Positions 1 through 15,062 of a stretch of 64,000 bases of DNA are shown here, one piece after another. Below the pieces are notes generated by a model. The model saw nothing but the letters and a program-made list of their open reading frames with translations. It did no database searches and was not told the origin of the DNA. A program made the translations under genes and the position numbers. The stretch is from Octopus sinensis. Lineage: Eukaryota. The stretch covers positions 30,132,001-30,196,000 of the forward strand of contig NC_043005.1 of the NCBI RefSeq assembly GCF_006345805.1. Reading direction: 5' to 3'. Within the stretch, counting starts at the first letter, position 1. Every line of letters starts with the position of its first letter.

Positions 1-1011
1 GTTCAAGCCTAATGTGTAGCACCTTGAACAAGTGTCTTCTACCATAGCCCCAGGCCAACTAAGTTCTTTGTGAGTGGATTTGGTAGATGGTAACTGAAAG
101 AAACCGGTCACATGCACATGTGTATGTATGTTTGTATCTCCTTGCCTGGACATTACATGATAGTTGTAAATGATTGCCCCATCAAACAAGCAATGTTGTT
201 TGTTTCCAATCTTTCATTAAAAACACATCTGGCCAAGGAAAATATTACTTTGCTACGAAACAGCTGAGGGTTAGAAACAGGACGGACATCAGGCTATAGA
301 TTATTTGCCTCAATAAATTCTGTCCAACCGATGCAATCATGGAAAAGTGGATGTTAAAACAATGATGATGAAGAAGTACAATAAATGGTTAAATCCTTGA
401 CCATTGTTCATTATCAGAAATATCCAACTATTCTTTGAGGTGGCATGGTATTCATACCTCCTCCAAGAGTCTTAGTTACATAAATAAAATGAAAATAACT
501 ACAAGCAAGTAGGTCTGGATCATAAACTCAACTCACTGAACACATTTAACTGGATGGACCTCATCAATCTCACAAATATGAGAGAAATAATTAGAGATCT
601 ACTGTTGCTTACATCATGATTGGCATCATTGTTGTCATTTTAGCAGTCATTTTCTGTGCTTGCTCGAGTCAGATGCAATTTGTCGATGCCAGATATTTTA
701 TGGTCGTCAATCCTCACCTGTTTCCAAGAAAAGTCATATTTCCCCCTGACCAGATATGTTTTCACAGAAGATTGAAAATGGAAGACACTTGTATGATAGT
801 GGTACAACTACAACATGATATTAAGACAAAGAGAAAGACAAATGCACACATGCACACACACATTATGAGCTTCCTTTATTTTCTGTATACAAAATCTACA
901 AGGTATTGGTCAGTCTGGAGCTGTAGTAGATGACACTTATTCAAGGTGCAGCCACAAAGTGAAACTGAACCCAGAACAATGTGGTTTCAAACCAGACAGC
1001 CATGTTTGCAC

Positions 1012-1070
<59 letters not shown>

Positions 1071-1082
1071 CAGATTTCATAT

Positions 1083-1161
<79 letters not shown>

Positions 1162-1163
1162 TT

Positions 1164-1550
1164 ATTCTTTGCTTTTATTTTTCTACTTGTTTCAGTCATT
1201 TGACTGCGGCCATGCTGGAGCACCACCTTTAGTTGAACAAATTGACCCCAGGACTTATTCTTCGTAAGCTTAGAACATTATTCTATGAGCCGAGCCACTA
1301 AATTACAGGAATGTGAACACACCAACAGACACAAAATAATGGTGTGGGGAACAAACATAGACACACAAGCATATACACACACACATGTATACAACGGGCT
1401 TCTTTCAGTTTCTGTCTACCAAATCCACTCACACGGCTTTAGTTGGCCCAAAGTTATAGTATAAGACACTTGCCCCAAGGTGCCATGCAGTGGGACTGAA
1501 CCCAGAAACATGTGGTTAGTAAGCAAGCTACTTACCACACAGTCACTCCT
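1164..1550 (-). mobile_element. tRNA-derived SINE, second family (head GGAGTGRCTGTGTGGTAAG)
   Basis: A/B-box-like head and an internal CA tract. Related copies lie at about 1-370, 10900-11260, 16930-17290, 18560-18962, 38172-38420 and 43070-43740. Confidence 0.85.
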
Positions 1551-1601
1551 GTGTCTAAATATATATATATATATATATATATTTACACATATGTATGTGT
1601 T

Positions 1602-1659
<58 letters not shown>

Positions 1660-2341
1660 TACAACCTTATAGCAGTTAGATACAGCCATAGCTTGGTCAG
1701 TCACTACCTCATATGTTCTTAAAATTTAAATCTACATCTTTGTCTGTATATCTACCTTCTCTATAATGTTGCTACTTGATTTGAAAGCTTTTGTATTATT
1801 GGAAAACCTATATAATTGGCTGATGAGCACTCAGCATATTAAATCTGTTGTAATACTTACAACTTTTAATAAAATGATGTAGTGCGAAACAATTGTACCA
1901 AATTACCGGAGTCATTCTTGTTGCTTATTTTGATTATAATCACCCCGCAAATTTTTATGGATAACACCATACAAAATTCTGGTGCATCTAAATTAAGTAT
2001 CATATTCATTCGAATCTAAATTTTTGCTGAACTTATATATATATATATATATGTGTATATTTATGTATGTGTATATATATATTTGTGTATATTTATGTAT
2101 GTGTATATATATATATATATATATATACTGTTGTGTCTGGGGAGAATAATTTCTTTTTGTGCCTTATAATGTAACACAATCACCGGTAAAATTTCCACTT
2201 ATTTCTTGTTTTTATTTTCCTAAAATTTTCATTGTGTCTTGCAACCTTTCCAATAGTCTTGACTGTCCGTTATTTACACTGCGTTCCTTTTTGTTTGTTT
2301 GTGCGCATGTGTGTGGGTCAGTGTGTGTGCCTATGCATGCA

Positions 2342-2372
<31 letters not shown>

Positions 2373-3789
2373 GTGTGTGTGTGTATGTATGTACGCATGT
2401 GTATGTATGTATATATATGTGTGTGTGTGCATCTGTATGTATGTATCCTGTATATTCATGTGCTTGCATGTCCGTGTTTGTGTATTTTCTATGTATGTAT
2501 GTGTGTGAGCGTGTGTTTGTATATGTATGCACCTCTGTCTCCTTGTGTGTGCATGTGTGTGTTATGCAACTATGTACAGACGAATAGGTACATAGGTTAT
2601 AAGGACAGACAAGCACACATAAGCAAATAGAGACTGACACACACGATCATATATACACACACACTTTACTCCACACAAGGACACATATGGAGACATGGAT
2701 CCACACATATAGAGATGCACATCCATCCATACATACAAACATGGTACACAGTTGCATAACACACACACGTGTGTGTTGGAATGTTTTTATTTTGATCAGT
2801 AAAAACTCATGCATCCTTAGAAATCCCTTATTGCTGAGGAGTTCAGCTAACAACCTGACTCTTTAATTAAGTAAGTTTTTTAGTTGGTTGCAAAAAAGAG
2901 AAAAAAGGCTTATTGGTCAGGTTAGCTTATTTACTCATTAATTCACTAATTCAAACTATTACAAAGCACTGGATTATATTCCTCTGACCACCTCCTCATA
3001 TGTTCCCAGTAAGACTCCAACCACAGGTTTTCAATACTATATTAATTCTATTGAATACCAAGTTTATAATAACCATTGTTAAAGAACTTAAACTGAGTAT
3101 ATCATAATAAACTATGAACAAAATTACACCAACACACAAATTATTTACTCAGCAAGAATACTGATAAGATGAGGATGTTATCAGGATAGGATGCTACAGC
3201 AATTATATGATGTTACTATAATTAGCAGCTGATTAGAGAGAAGTGCTTATGTTCACAATTTGAGCCAATGAGACAAACAGACAGATCTTTTAGAAAACAA
3301 GATAATTAAGAAACCGAAAGACTAAAGAGGCTGATATTTTTTCATCGGTCAAATGCCTCATTTATAAGCTTCCTTCCATTCCTAATATTGGTTATTTTCC
3401 CCTCCCTGTTATTTGGTTACATCTTCTAGAACCAATACATATGCAACTCAAAATCAATACATGTCTTCTAACAGCTCTAAACAGTATTCTTACATTCACT
3501 GCTTGTTGTAATGTCTCATAGCTAAGCCTGTATGCCATAGTTCCACAATAAACAACACACACACACGCACACAAAATTCTTCTTTATCAAAATTTAACAT
3601 TTTACAAGTTAAGCTATAAAAGTACTGACCAATATAATATTCAATAGCATCTTTAGACAACTGCCAAGCATTTAACCTAACAACCAGGTTGCTTTCTTGA
3701 CTGGGCAATGTACATTAACAATATAAAGAATATGCAAACAAAGCACAGTATATACATACATAAGAGGCATGGTACACTAATAACTGGTA

Positions 3790-3945
3790 GCAGACAGACA
3801 ATAAGCAGTAGACATCAGCAACAGACTGTGCACTAGCAGTGGGCTCCAACAATGGGCAGTGGGCACCAGCAACAGGCAGTGGGCACCAGCAACAGGCGGT
3901 GGGTGCTAGCAGCAAGCTGTGGGACTAACAATAAGCAGCCCACAG
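3790..3945. repeat. Degenerate 20-bp minisatellite
   Basis: GGCAGTGGGCACCAGCAACA with diverged neighbouring units. Confidence 0.7.
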
Positions 3946-6864
3946 TGACACAAAGCAATGTGACAACTGAATCACAAGTGGACCATAGTTTATTTAATAT
4001 TCTAAAGAATTGCAAGAATTTTTCCATTAAGGTACCATTATCTTTGAGGAAGCTAAGATATTTTTTACAATTTAGTTTCTGAATACAGAAACAAAAAAAG
4101 CTGAAAGAAATGAAACCCAATAAACTTCAGGTGGTGGAGGGGCTTTTTTTTAAGGGGTGGAGGTCTTGAGGATTTGGACTCATAAGGACTACAACCCCAT
4201 TTTCATGGTGAATAGAGACAAAAGTCAGAAAATTCCCTGGAATGAGATGGCAGCCTATTGTAGAGTTCAAGGCCAGCAATTTCTAGAGGAGGGACAAGGT
4301 GATTACATTGACCCAAGTACTTCAATGGTACTTCATTTTATTGACACCAAAAGGAACAAAGTTGACCTCAACCAAATTTGAACTCAGAATGGAAAAAAAA
4401 CAGAAGAAAGACCAGAAGGCATTTTGTCAGAGATGCTAATGATTCTACTGGCTCATAGTCTACAGAACGGTAAACATTGGCACCGAAATAGAAACTGGTT
4501 CATAAGAATGATAAAGTAAAATGATGGCAGTTGTATTTAGGAAGGAGAGAAATAACTTCAGTTATTAGAGTCATAAAGTGGATTATGTCAGTGATAAATC
4601 ACCATGGTTACGCTGTTCTACCAGTAAATAGCTCTACTAACAACTAAAGTACAATCATTAGTTTTGGTGAGAATCAACTTTGAATGGCCTCAATATTTAC
4701 AGAATTGTACTTTAGATGGAAATGAAACTAGAAACTGAGGTAAGATGTTGGGCTGGAATTGAGTGGTGTTGGGTATGACTGTTGGCATATAAGAATGTCT
4801 GTGTGTGAGTGTATGTGAATGTGTGTATGTGAATGTGTGTGTGTTTGAATGCAGTGTTAATGAGGTGCAGAGCATGATGTTGGTGTGGTGGACTGCTTTG
4901 GAGTGGAGTGCTGCATCAGTGTGCAATTTGGTGTGAAGTGTACTTTTGTTACAGAGAATGATGCTGAAGTGGACTGCAGTGTTGATGTTGAGTGTGGAAT
5001 TGGTGCAGATTAGAGTATTAGTGTAGTGTTGGTGGTGGGGTATGGGTAATGGTTAACAGAATATATTTCTCTCTTTTTCTTCAGAAACTGAAAATGAATT
5101 GACTTGAAGAAGTTTATTATTCAAGCTAATAAAATGTCTGAAAATAGCCGACTGACAAACAAAAAATTGAGATAAAAGATTAATTTATTTGAGAGAAGAG
5201 AACGTGTTCTGCACGTGAGAGAATAGCAGAGAAAATCCTATCAGGAGAGAATTATTAGGGATTATTATGACCAAAGTGTTTGATTATATAAAAGAAACAT
5301 CTAAGCAGCAGATAATCTCAACACAGCTTATAGCAAACAATTACATGAATCTCACAGAAACAGATTATTCTAGTCCAGAGATTAACAGAGATTAATTCAA
5401 TATGAAAGTGGAATTACCTCATGAGAATGTACAGAACAAAAAAATCTTTTTTATTCTTATTTTTTGTTTTATTTATAAATGTTCTTATTTTTTGTTGACG
5501 GCGGGGAGAACTGTTTATAAATATTTATATAATTAGGGGAAATATTACTAGCTTTTAGCATTTTAGGACAGTAGGGTAAAGGTCAGCCAATACTATAAGA
5601 GCGTTAAAGGTCACATAAATACTGAGCTTCTGATAATTATCAATACTGGCCTCACCACCACACACCAATGATTTCTTTCTTTCTAACATTTAGCTGCCAG
5701 TGTATTAATTTCTTTTGTGCAATAGTTGTACATGTGCATACATGTAGAACTTAGAAAGAATGTCACCCATCCCTTCGTTCCTAGTCATACACAAGCTCCT
5801 CTCTTGTATCTTTGATGATCATCTACTTTTCTTTCTCCATTTCTGTGTCATCATCATCGTTTAACGTCCGCTTTCCATGCTAGCATGGGTTGGACGAAAG
5901 TAAACAATTTCTAATAAAGGCACATGACCACACCTTTCTAAGTCGGGGGGGCGGCAGTAGAGTGGGGGGGGGGGTAGTTGATTCAATCAGCCAGACAAGA
6001 CAACAGGTATTTTATCTCATCACTCCAAGAATGATAAATAACAAAGTTGACTTTTGTGAGATTTGTGTTGAGAACCTAAAGAGTTGTAAATACAGCAAAG
6101 ATGTGTGTGTGTGTTCTCAATGAACTTACAAGTGTGGGTTGGACAGGTCACGAACACTATAATTTACCATACATATAAATATACGCAGGCCTGGTTTAAT
6201 GATTTTTCTCCTCTCTGTTTATCTCTCTCAAAATAAAGTACATTTCACCATCAACTTACATCATTCTCTCATATCATCATCATCATTTAACGTCCGTTTT
6301 TCATGCTAGCATGGGTTGGACGGTTCGACCAGGGTCTGGTAAGCCATAGAGGCTGCACCAGGCTCCAGTCTGATTTGGCAGTGTTTCTACAGCTGGATGC
6401 TCTTCCTAACGCCAACCACTCTGTGAGTGTAGTGGGTGCTTTTTACGTGCCACCGGCACAGGGGCCAGACGAGGCTGGCAAACGGCCATGATCGATTATA
6501 TATATATAATTAGGGTTCAGCAAAAATTGCTTCACCACATTCTGGTAAAATTATTAATTAATTAATTAATTTTACCCTTTATTATTATTGAAAATATATG
6601 TGTATGTATGTATGTATATATATATATCCAATATCTCCAACACATTTACTCTGTCTACATCAGCCTATATCTTTTGATACACATCTAACTTAAACCTGTT
6701 CTTATTAGTATTGCACATCCAATGGACCATATTGAGCTTAGTTCTCTGCAAGTCATGTGCATGCACTGACCATTCACCACCCTAACCCATCATAACCTAC
6801 ATGTCATAAAGGGTCCACAAGACACAGCACATATTTCACAAACACAAACCATACATAATGTTGT

Positions 6865-7448
6865 CCATGTTTCACTACCCTACCCCATCCCACATCTCGT
6901 ACACACCACATGTAGTCCTATCCATGTTTCACTTCCCTACCCCATCACACATCTCGTACACACCACATGTAGTCCTCTCCATGTTTCACTACCCTACCCC
7001 ATCCCACATCTCATACACACATGTAGTCCTCTCCATGTTTCACTACCCTACCCCATCCCACATCTCGTACATTCCACATGTAGTCCTCTCCATGTTTCAC
7101 TACCCTACCCCCATCCCACATCTCATACACACATGTAGTCCTCTCCATGTTTCACAACCCTATCCCCATCCCACATCTCGTACACACATGTAGTCCTCTC
7201 TATGCTTCACTACCCTACCCCATCCCACATCTCGTACATTCCACCAATAGTCCTCTCCATGTTTCACTACCCTACCCCATCACACATCTCGTACACACAC
7301 ATGTAGTCCTCTCCATGTTTCACTACCCTACCCCATCCCACATCTCGTACACACACACATGTAGTCCTCTCCATGTTTCACTACCCTACCCCATCCCACA
7401 ACTCATACACACCACATGTAGTCCTCTCCATGTTTCACTACCCTACCT
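6865..7448. repeat. Minisatellite, ~10.4 copies of 54-58 bp
   Basis: CCATGTTTCACTACCCTACCCCATCCCACATCTCGTACAC...GTAGTCCTCT recurs at 6865, 6922, 6979, 7033, 7090 and onward. Confidence 0.95.
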
Positions 7449-9659
7449 TAAGCACGATTAACTGCATCTCACAATAACTAAAATAACAAAAGTTATTATA
7501 ATTGATACTTTTAATATCATAAATGAAAACATTTAACAGCTCAGTTGGTTGGGCCAACAAATGACCATTATGGTGTTGTTGCTGATGCTGGTGACAATGA
7601 TGACAAATGTCTTAGAAAACAGAAACAGAAATGATTCAAAAAGACACCATTGGTAAAGTGCCATAATAAACTAGAGATCTGACTGACGCGTCACTGAGTG
7701 GAAGTTAGTTCAAGAGTTACATTATACCAAGTTAGTTTTGAACTTTAACCCTTTAGCATTTAAACTGGCCATATCCGGCCAAAAGTATTCTACATGTTCT
7801 ATGTTCAAACTGGCCAGATCTGGTCTCTTACACCAACCCTACAATATCTTTTAAAAAATTAACAGCTACCTCATAAAAATCTCAAAGCTCCAAGATAATG
7901 CATGGTTAGTTCAAAACAATGAGGACGAAAAAGCTTTAATTATGGCAGAATAATGTGAACACTAAATGGTTAACTATTCCTTAATTAATAACATAACTAC
8001 TGGGAAGGACATTAGAATAAATTATCAAAACAGGGACCAAATCTTGACCATAGTGATTTTTGATATAATCTCCATGTAGTTCATACAATTGTTATACTTG
8101 ACCAAAACTAACCAATTGATCCACTGGCTCATTGTCCACCACAACAGAGCACTCTGCTATATCAATCTCAATTATAATTCTCGGAATAAAATTGTACCGT
8201 GTACAGCACATCACACAAGATGGGGTCACTCAAACTGCTAGAAACAATAGCTACATCTCTCTCGAATCCTACTTGTCGGGTGGGGAAGTATACATTGAAT
8301 TATATGAGTCTATATACACAAATGAATAACATGTGATGGTCATGGCTAGAATGTATTTGACCTGGGACTAAAGAACAACAACATTATTCCATGAGGAGTT
8401 CAACCTGGTCAACTGATTTACTAGAAATAGTAGCTAAATCTGTCAAATCACACCCTACCATCCTAGATGCATAAAAAGTGGTCATGGTTGGAATGATACC
8501 AACAGCTGATGTGCATTAGTTATGTTAAGCTGAAACTCTCATTTAAATTTGACATCAATATAACAAAATGTTAAAAAAAAATACCAACACTGGACAAACT
8601 GGTGAACATGTAAAGCAGTCAGTCGGTGGAGCAATTATTGACTGTGAATGTAGTAGAACCAGTTTTAGATTAAAGCTGTGCATCTTTATATAACAATGCA
8701 AGGTCTACTAATAAATTTTCCCCACCACTACCTATACATCAACAGTAAACTTCCTTAGTAGATTTATATCATATTGAATATAAAATCTCATGGTTAAATC
8801 TTTTGATAGCAATCCATATGAGACCACCCTTGGTTTTGTGGTATAAATTTCCTGCTTCAAAGCGATCTAATTAAAAACCTTGCACCGAAATTTAATGTTA
8901 GTTCCAAAGACTAGGTTAATAATGCCAAAGTTTTGTTACCCGCTGCCTTCTTCATTTTTTAAAACAATTAATGAAAATATCCAAGAATTAACCTATGATC
9001 AACCCTCACCCAGAAGACCTATAATTAAGAACACCTTAGCCACAGCCATTAACTCCTATACAAATTTTTCTAGAACTATATCCTGTAATGTGTGCTTCCT
9101 TTTATAATATGCAAGGTTGTGATTCAAAGGAACATTGACTGCTATTTCTAACAGTCTATGTGACTACATAAAGGTAGTCTTGGTACATTAATTATTTGTT
9201 GCTCCAGTTTCCCTCTCAATTGGCTGTGATGAGGAACATGTCCAGTCACACTTCATATTCTGATCCAACTTCATGCATGGCAATTATTATTATCATTGTT
9301 ATTATTATTATTATTATTATTTCTACATAGCATAGAAACCCATACCCAAGCACTGTCACCCTTTGCTCTAACAAGACTTTGACACTAAAGCTGTAGCAGT
9401 AATTATCAAACACTGTGATGCACTAGAGATTTTGGCACAAGCTCAGCAATTTTAGGGGAAGGGATAAATTAATTGCATCAACTCCCAGTGCTCAGCTTGG
9501 TACTTATTTTAATGACCCCAAAAAGAAGAAAGACAAAGTCAACCTGGGCAGTATTTGAACTCAGAACATTAAGAGCCAGAAGAAATGCTGCTAAGCACTT
9601 TGGCCAACATGTTAACGATTCAGCCAGCTTGCCATCTTCAAGCTTTTTAGACTGACAAT

Positions 9660-10830
9660 GAAGGAGTGGAGGCCAGAGCTGGGGAATCTTGCAGGAATTG
9701 ATTTCAACTCTTCTTATCAATTACTGCATTTTTTCTTTCCAGATAAACTGACATCTGACTGTTGAAAGAACACTTCAAAAGTAACAAGTAGCGACGTCTC
9801 TTGAAAATGGACAAAATCTGGCATCGTGGTATTATCAAGTACCTACAGAAAAGGGGGTTTAGCCCCCAAGGACATTCATGCTGACATGGTTGCTACATTA
9901 GAGGATGATGACCCAGTTTTATCAACAGTGCAAAAGTGAGCAGCTGGATGTTGGAAGGGAAGGGAGAGTCTTGAAGATGACTCAAGGTCTGGATGTCCTG
10001 CAATTGCTACTCCTGAGGAAAACATTGATTGTGTTCACCACATGCTGATGGAGGGCAGGCAATTGGCTATAAATCAAATAATGTTATTAGCATGTCCATG
10101 AGAAAGTTGAGAATCTTCTGCACAAGGAATTTGGCACGAAGGTTTCTGCTTGGTAGATGCCACATCTTCTGACACCTAATCAAAAGTGCACTAGGCTGAT
10201 CACATCACGGGAAAGTCTAACATCGTTTCTGGCAGATCCAGCTGCTTTCCTTGAACATTTCCTAAGCCAGGATGAGCTTTCAGTTCATCACTTTGAGCTA
10301 GAGACAAAGGGACAATCCGTGCCCGGGAAAAATCCCTCCTCACCTGCAGGGAAGGTGATGGCCTCAGTTTTTTGGGATGTAAAAAGCATTGTGTTTATTA
10401 ACCATCTTCAAAAGGACAACACCATCAATAGGAGAGTACTATGCCACCTTGTTGAGGCAGTTACAAAAGGCTATCACGACTAAACATTCAGGAAAATTGA
10501 TGCAAGGGGTCTTGATTTATCAGGACAATGCTCCAGCACATGAGTCATTGATTTCAATGGCTGCTGAGCATGACTGTGGCTTTGAACTGGTTGATCAACG
10601 TCTCTACTCTCTTGAATCTGACTCCATCTGACTATCATCTGTTCCCCAACATGAAAAAATACTTGGCTGGGAACCAGCATCATGGTGATGTCATATCTGC
10701 TGTTGATGACATTTTTGACCAACAAGAAGAAAGCTTCTTCATGAATGAGATCCAAGCACTGCAACACTGGTGGAAGTAGTGCTATGCTGAAAAATGAACC
10801 TCATTTGGTTACATTCCAAGAGAGTATTAA
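9660..10830 (+). mobile_element. Degenerate mariner (DD34D) transposase pseudogene
   Basis: ATG at 9807 (MDKIWHRGIIKYL), then frameshifted segments W(M)PHLLT, KVMASVFWD, QDNAPAH and TPSDYHLFPNMKKYLAG, ending near 10797. TIRs were not recognised. Confidence 0.9.
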
Positions 10831-11769
10831 TGTTTGAGTATTTTTTTAAAACCATATTACTCATAATTTTGCAATACATAAATAGTAGATGCTGACATAA
10901 CAGTTTTGTTAAGGAGCTTGCTTCCCAACCACATGGTTTTGGGTTAAATTCCACTGCATGGCCCCTTGGGGAATTACAGCCTTGTGAGTGGATTAGGTAA
11001 ACAGAAACTGAAATAACCCCACCATATATGCTTGTGTGTATGCATGTCTTGTCTTGACATTGTGTGACAGTTGTAAATAAATGTCACCATCAGACATTCA
11101 TTTCTATTATTTCATGAAAACATGTCAGGCTAAGAAAAGATATTCCCTTGCTCAGCAACAGGTGATGGTTAGTGACATAAAAGGCATCCAGCTGTAGAAA
11201 ACTTGCCTCAACAAATTCCAACTCATGCAATCATAGAAAAGTAAATGTTAAAACAACTATGAAGTATGATTAGTAAAACAAGATACTTTTCAAATTTAAA
11301 ATGTTTTTGTTCAACTCTCCATATTAAGTGTACCAATAATTTTTTTTAAATTTAATCTACAGTAAACAGTTAATATCTAGTGTGTCACCACAAAAGACTA
11401 ACAATTAATGTCTAAAAACAATCCACATATGACACCTGAAATTTGCATTCATTCTTTTGATACCAACCAACCAACCTCCCTACCTAAAACAGTACCTGGT
11501 TCTACAAACATCCTGGTTTTAAAGTGATCTAAATTAAAACTTTCTATCAAGATGATGTATCAATTTATCTTTTAAAAACCAGTTTAATAATGGTAAATTT
11601 AGTTTACTAAGTTCGTAATTATTTTCCAAATTAATTGAAACAAAACACAGAAATATGGTAACAAAAGGGTTAAATTACAGACACTCAGAAAATTCTAGAT
11701 TCAATTAAATTGGTAACAATAATGGATTAAGTCCTTAACCATTAACTCACAGAAGGCTGCAACTAGTTA

Positions 11770-12130
11770 CTACGTGGAAATACAGTCTAAATAGCTGTAA
11801 ATAGGTACTATGTAGTGGTACAGTTTACATCCATGCAAATAGGTAGCGTGTAAAAATACAGTCTACAGAGTGATAAATAGGTGCCATGTGGAAGTACAGT
11901 GTACACAGCTGAAAACTGGTACCACATGGTGGTGCAGCCAGCAAAACTGTAAATAGGGGCGGTATGGCAGTACAGTTGGTTTAGTTGTAAACAGGCACCA
12001 AGGGGAAGTACACTCTGCATAGTTGTAAATAAGTACCACATGATGGTATAAACTACAGAGCTGTGAATGGGTACCATAAGGAGGTATAATCTACTTGGCA
12101 GGAAATAGATGCTACGTGAAGTAGCTGTAC
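11770..12130. repeat. Degenerate 38-bp minisatellite, ~9 copies
   Basis: An AAATAGG-like anchor occurs at 11799, 11837, 11875 and 11913. Confidence 0.75.
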
Positions 12131-15023
12131 ACAGTATAAGTGAATGCTTTGTTAGTTGGCAAAGTTTGGTTCAAACAGTAAAATATTGACACTCCAAGAC
12201 TGACAGGGTTTCTCAGCATCTAGAAATCTGGGATAAACTCCAACCCACCTTTACACAGTGTACCAAAATACATGTATGTGCACACACACCATAAAACAGA
12301 TACACACACAGAATGTGTAAAAAGAAAAAAGTCAATGGTAACGAGTAAATGAATGAGATATTAATGCAGAGAGACAAGAATCCATAGCTTATTGAAACTG
12401 TTGGTTTTGTGCCACAAGAACTGTGACGTTCACAGCAGGGAAACAGGGTAAGGAGATGGTTGTGGGGTATGAAGAGGGAATGAAGAGTGATGGAAATAGT
12501 GATGGTGACTGGGGGACTGTGGCAGGTTTACCTTAGGTATAAGTATATACAGATGTGTGTGTATGTATGAGAGAGTGAGAGAGAGAGTTCTTTGTATATA
12601 ACTGAAAGACTGCGTGAGAGAGAAAAACTCCATAAGTCCCAGTGAGAGAGACTTGAGTTATATTTACAGTAGATGGAGTAAAATCCAAGCGAACACAAAG
12701 AAGTTACATGTCCATCATCATTATTTTGTAATATTTGGTATAATGCTACAAACATCGAGGAAGAGATGGAGTAGATGTGATCGACCAGTGCTTGACTTAA
12801 GCTAAATTTAAACTTCGGTAGTAACAATTCTGGATAGAATATAGTGGAATTGGAAAAGAAGATTTTGGTGTCTTTTCAGATTCTGTGTTCAAATCTTGTC
12901 AAAGTTGACAATGCCGTACCTCCTCTGGGGGTCGATAAGTCTTCGAAATACAAAGAAAGTCGGTTCAGTGCATGGTCTCCACAAGCATTATCGCTAAGCA
13001 ACCAAATCTTCTTCAAAACCACACTGGTGTTTTTGATAAAGTATAATACATTAGAAAAGATTGATTGATTACAGCCAGAACACTTTTGATCATAGGTTTA
13101 GTCTGTCTGGACTGACCGGGGGTTAAACGGTATATTATGGTCTTGTGACAATGTAAGAAGAAAAATCAATAACAATTTCTTAACGGCAGGTAAAAATGAG
13201 ATTTGGTGACATACAATCACAATAATTACATTATAACCAAAGCATGATTCTACTCCATCTAGAATACACGTGAATATTGATGTTTCTAACATTAAAGACA
13301 TAGCTATCTTCAAAAATGTGTAAAGATCAATAACATCTGAAATTTATTCCCTGGAAGGCAAGGATTATTGAGAGCGACTGAAAGAGATGAAGGTCTGTTC
13401 AACAGAATGAACACCAGAGTTATGCCAATCTATATCTAGAAACTTGCAAAACCTGACACCACAGAAAACAAAGATTTTCATAATGTCAAGAGAAGAACAT
13501 CTTTCCAATGTACACCAGTTGCTCAAATGAAGCAGAGACACTGGGAGGAAATTCGTCCCAAATCACAGGTTGAAAACTCCTAACGCATTGTGTCAAAAGA
13601 AGGCAAATTTTGACAAATACCTATGAACAATTTCAAACTGAAAACGAATTCCTTATTACAGATGGTAAAGGAGTTAAATTCAAACCTTGGAACATTCTAA
13701 CAACCATTAGAAATTCTTACCGACACAAGGGCAAAAAATTGTTTTGTCAAAGACATTAGCGACGTCAGTGAAATTAAATCAACTGGTTACAACCGAGTTG
13801 AAAACTTTGCACAATAATTTCTCTTCATAAAAACAATGAGGAAAGAGTGTGGGAGGGAAGAGAATACGATGATTTACGTGAAACCCGTTATTAAACCCTT
13901 CAACTTGGATAAAGCAAAAAGGTTTATTTTGTGTGCTAACCTCAACCATCCTGTCTGTTTCAATTAGGCCAGTGCCTGCTTAGCCTATCCATAAGGTTTT
14001 ACATACCTATAGGTGAAACGAATGAAACTGTATAAGCCATAAGGTTCACCCTGATTGAGCAAATCTATGAACACAAGCTTTCAGGGGTGACCATCCTGTA
14101 GTTTTTTTAGGAATACATCCCTTATTTAAGATTCTCAGGTGTGAGTCAAGATTTTGGCTTCTGTTTCTAGCAGGTAATTGGTTGGAAGAGACACAGGTGA
14201 AATATAAGGCTGAGCACTTTTGCTCACCAATTCTTCTACTATAATAATAACAAGAAGAAGAAGAATTGTATCAGTCAATCAAGAAATTCTATGAGGGTGC
14301 TTGCTAGAGAAAATCTCAACTTTAAGTACATCAATATTGTAATAAAATCAACACTCAGAACTGATGAAAGTGCTGAAAGAGTTGCCTTGCTCGTTATTAT
14401 GATAGAAACAATAAGACTAAGAACAAAGGAGGAGAGTTGTTGAAGAGAGACAATATTCGAGATAAACACTTAAATCTAGTCTGTATTGTCAACAGACAAT
14501 GAAGAGACAGTAAACAGCATTGAGAACTAAGGAAGATGTCTTAGACTGTTCTCGACACCTGTATCTTCCCATTCCTTCTGGCCTCTGAACAAAAAACTCA
14601 GACGTTAACAAATTATACAGCCGTGATACACAAATTTCACACGCACACACATACGTGCATGTGCAAGTTGACAGTGACTTTGCAGTTTCGGTTCCTTAGA
14701 TTATAGGAAGCGACGAAATCAACAGAACGAAAACTTCGCAAGCACTGTCAATAGAACCTATGTAAAAATAAAACTAGATATGATACTTCATTCAGTTAAA
14801 TATATTGAGTGATCCTTCGCTTTAAATATAAACTATATACATAAGGTATAACACTTTATACGTTTATACACAGTTGTGAATTTCATTTTGTTTACTTCCT
14901 ACTTATAAACGATGGGACTACCTATGTTGTTGAGGCACACAGTTACACACACGTGTGTGCGTATATATTTATATATAACTGCATTGCGTTAAATGGACTT
15001 TAAAAATCCACAATATTACACGT

Positions 15024-15062
<39 letters not shown>

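Noticed and set aside
3590-3660. EYYIGQYFYSL as a possible PITPNC1 exon 2
   Set aside because: The resemblance to YKIGQLY is only superficial, with no acceptor at the expected phase and no downstream GEGVEV motif.
5065-5400. Strong plus-strand acceptor-like pyrimidine tract followed by a short ORF
   Set aside because: All three frames stop soon after the AG, and no recognisable homology or partner exons were seen.
6858-7461. Repetitive ORFs and a CRISPR-like appearance of the 57-bp array
   Set aside because: Units are contiguous with no unique spacers, there are no cas genes, and the context is eukaryotic. The same applies to the 31-bp and 38-bp arrays.
12660-13850. Protein-like stretches on both strands
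   Set aside because: Every frame I translated has multiple stops and no recognisable family motif. It is kept only within the CpG-block finding.
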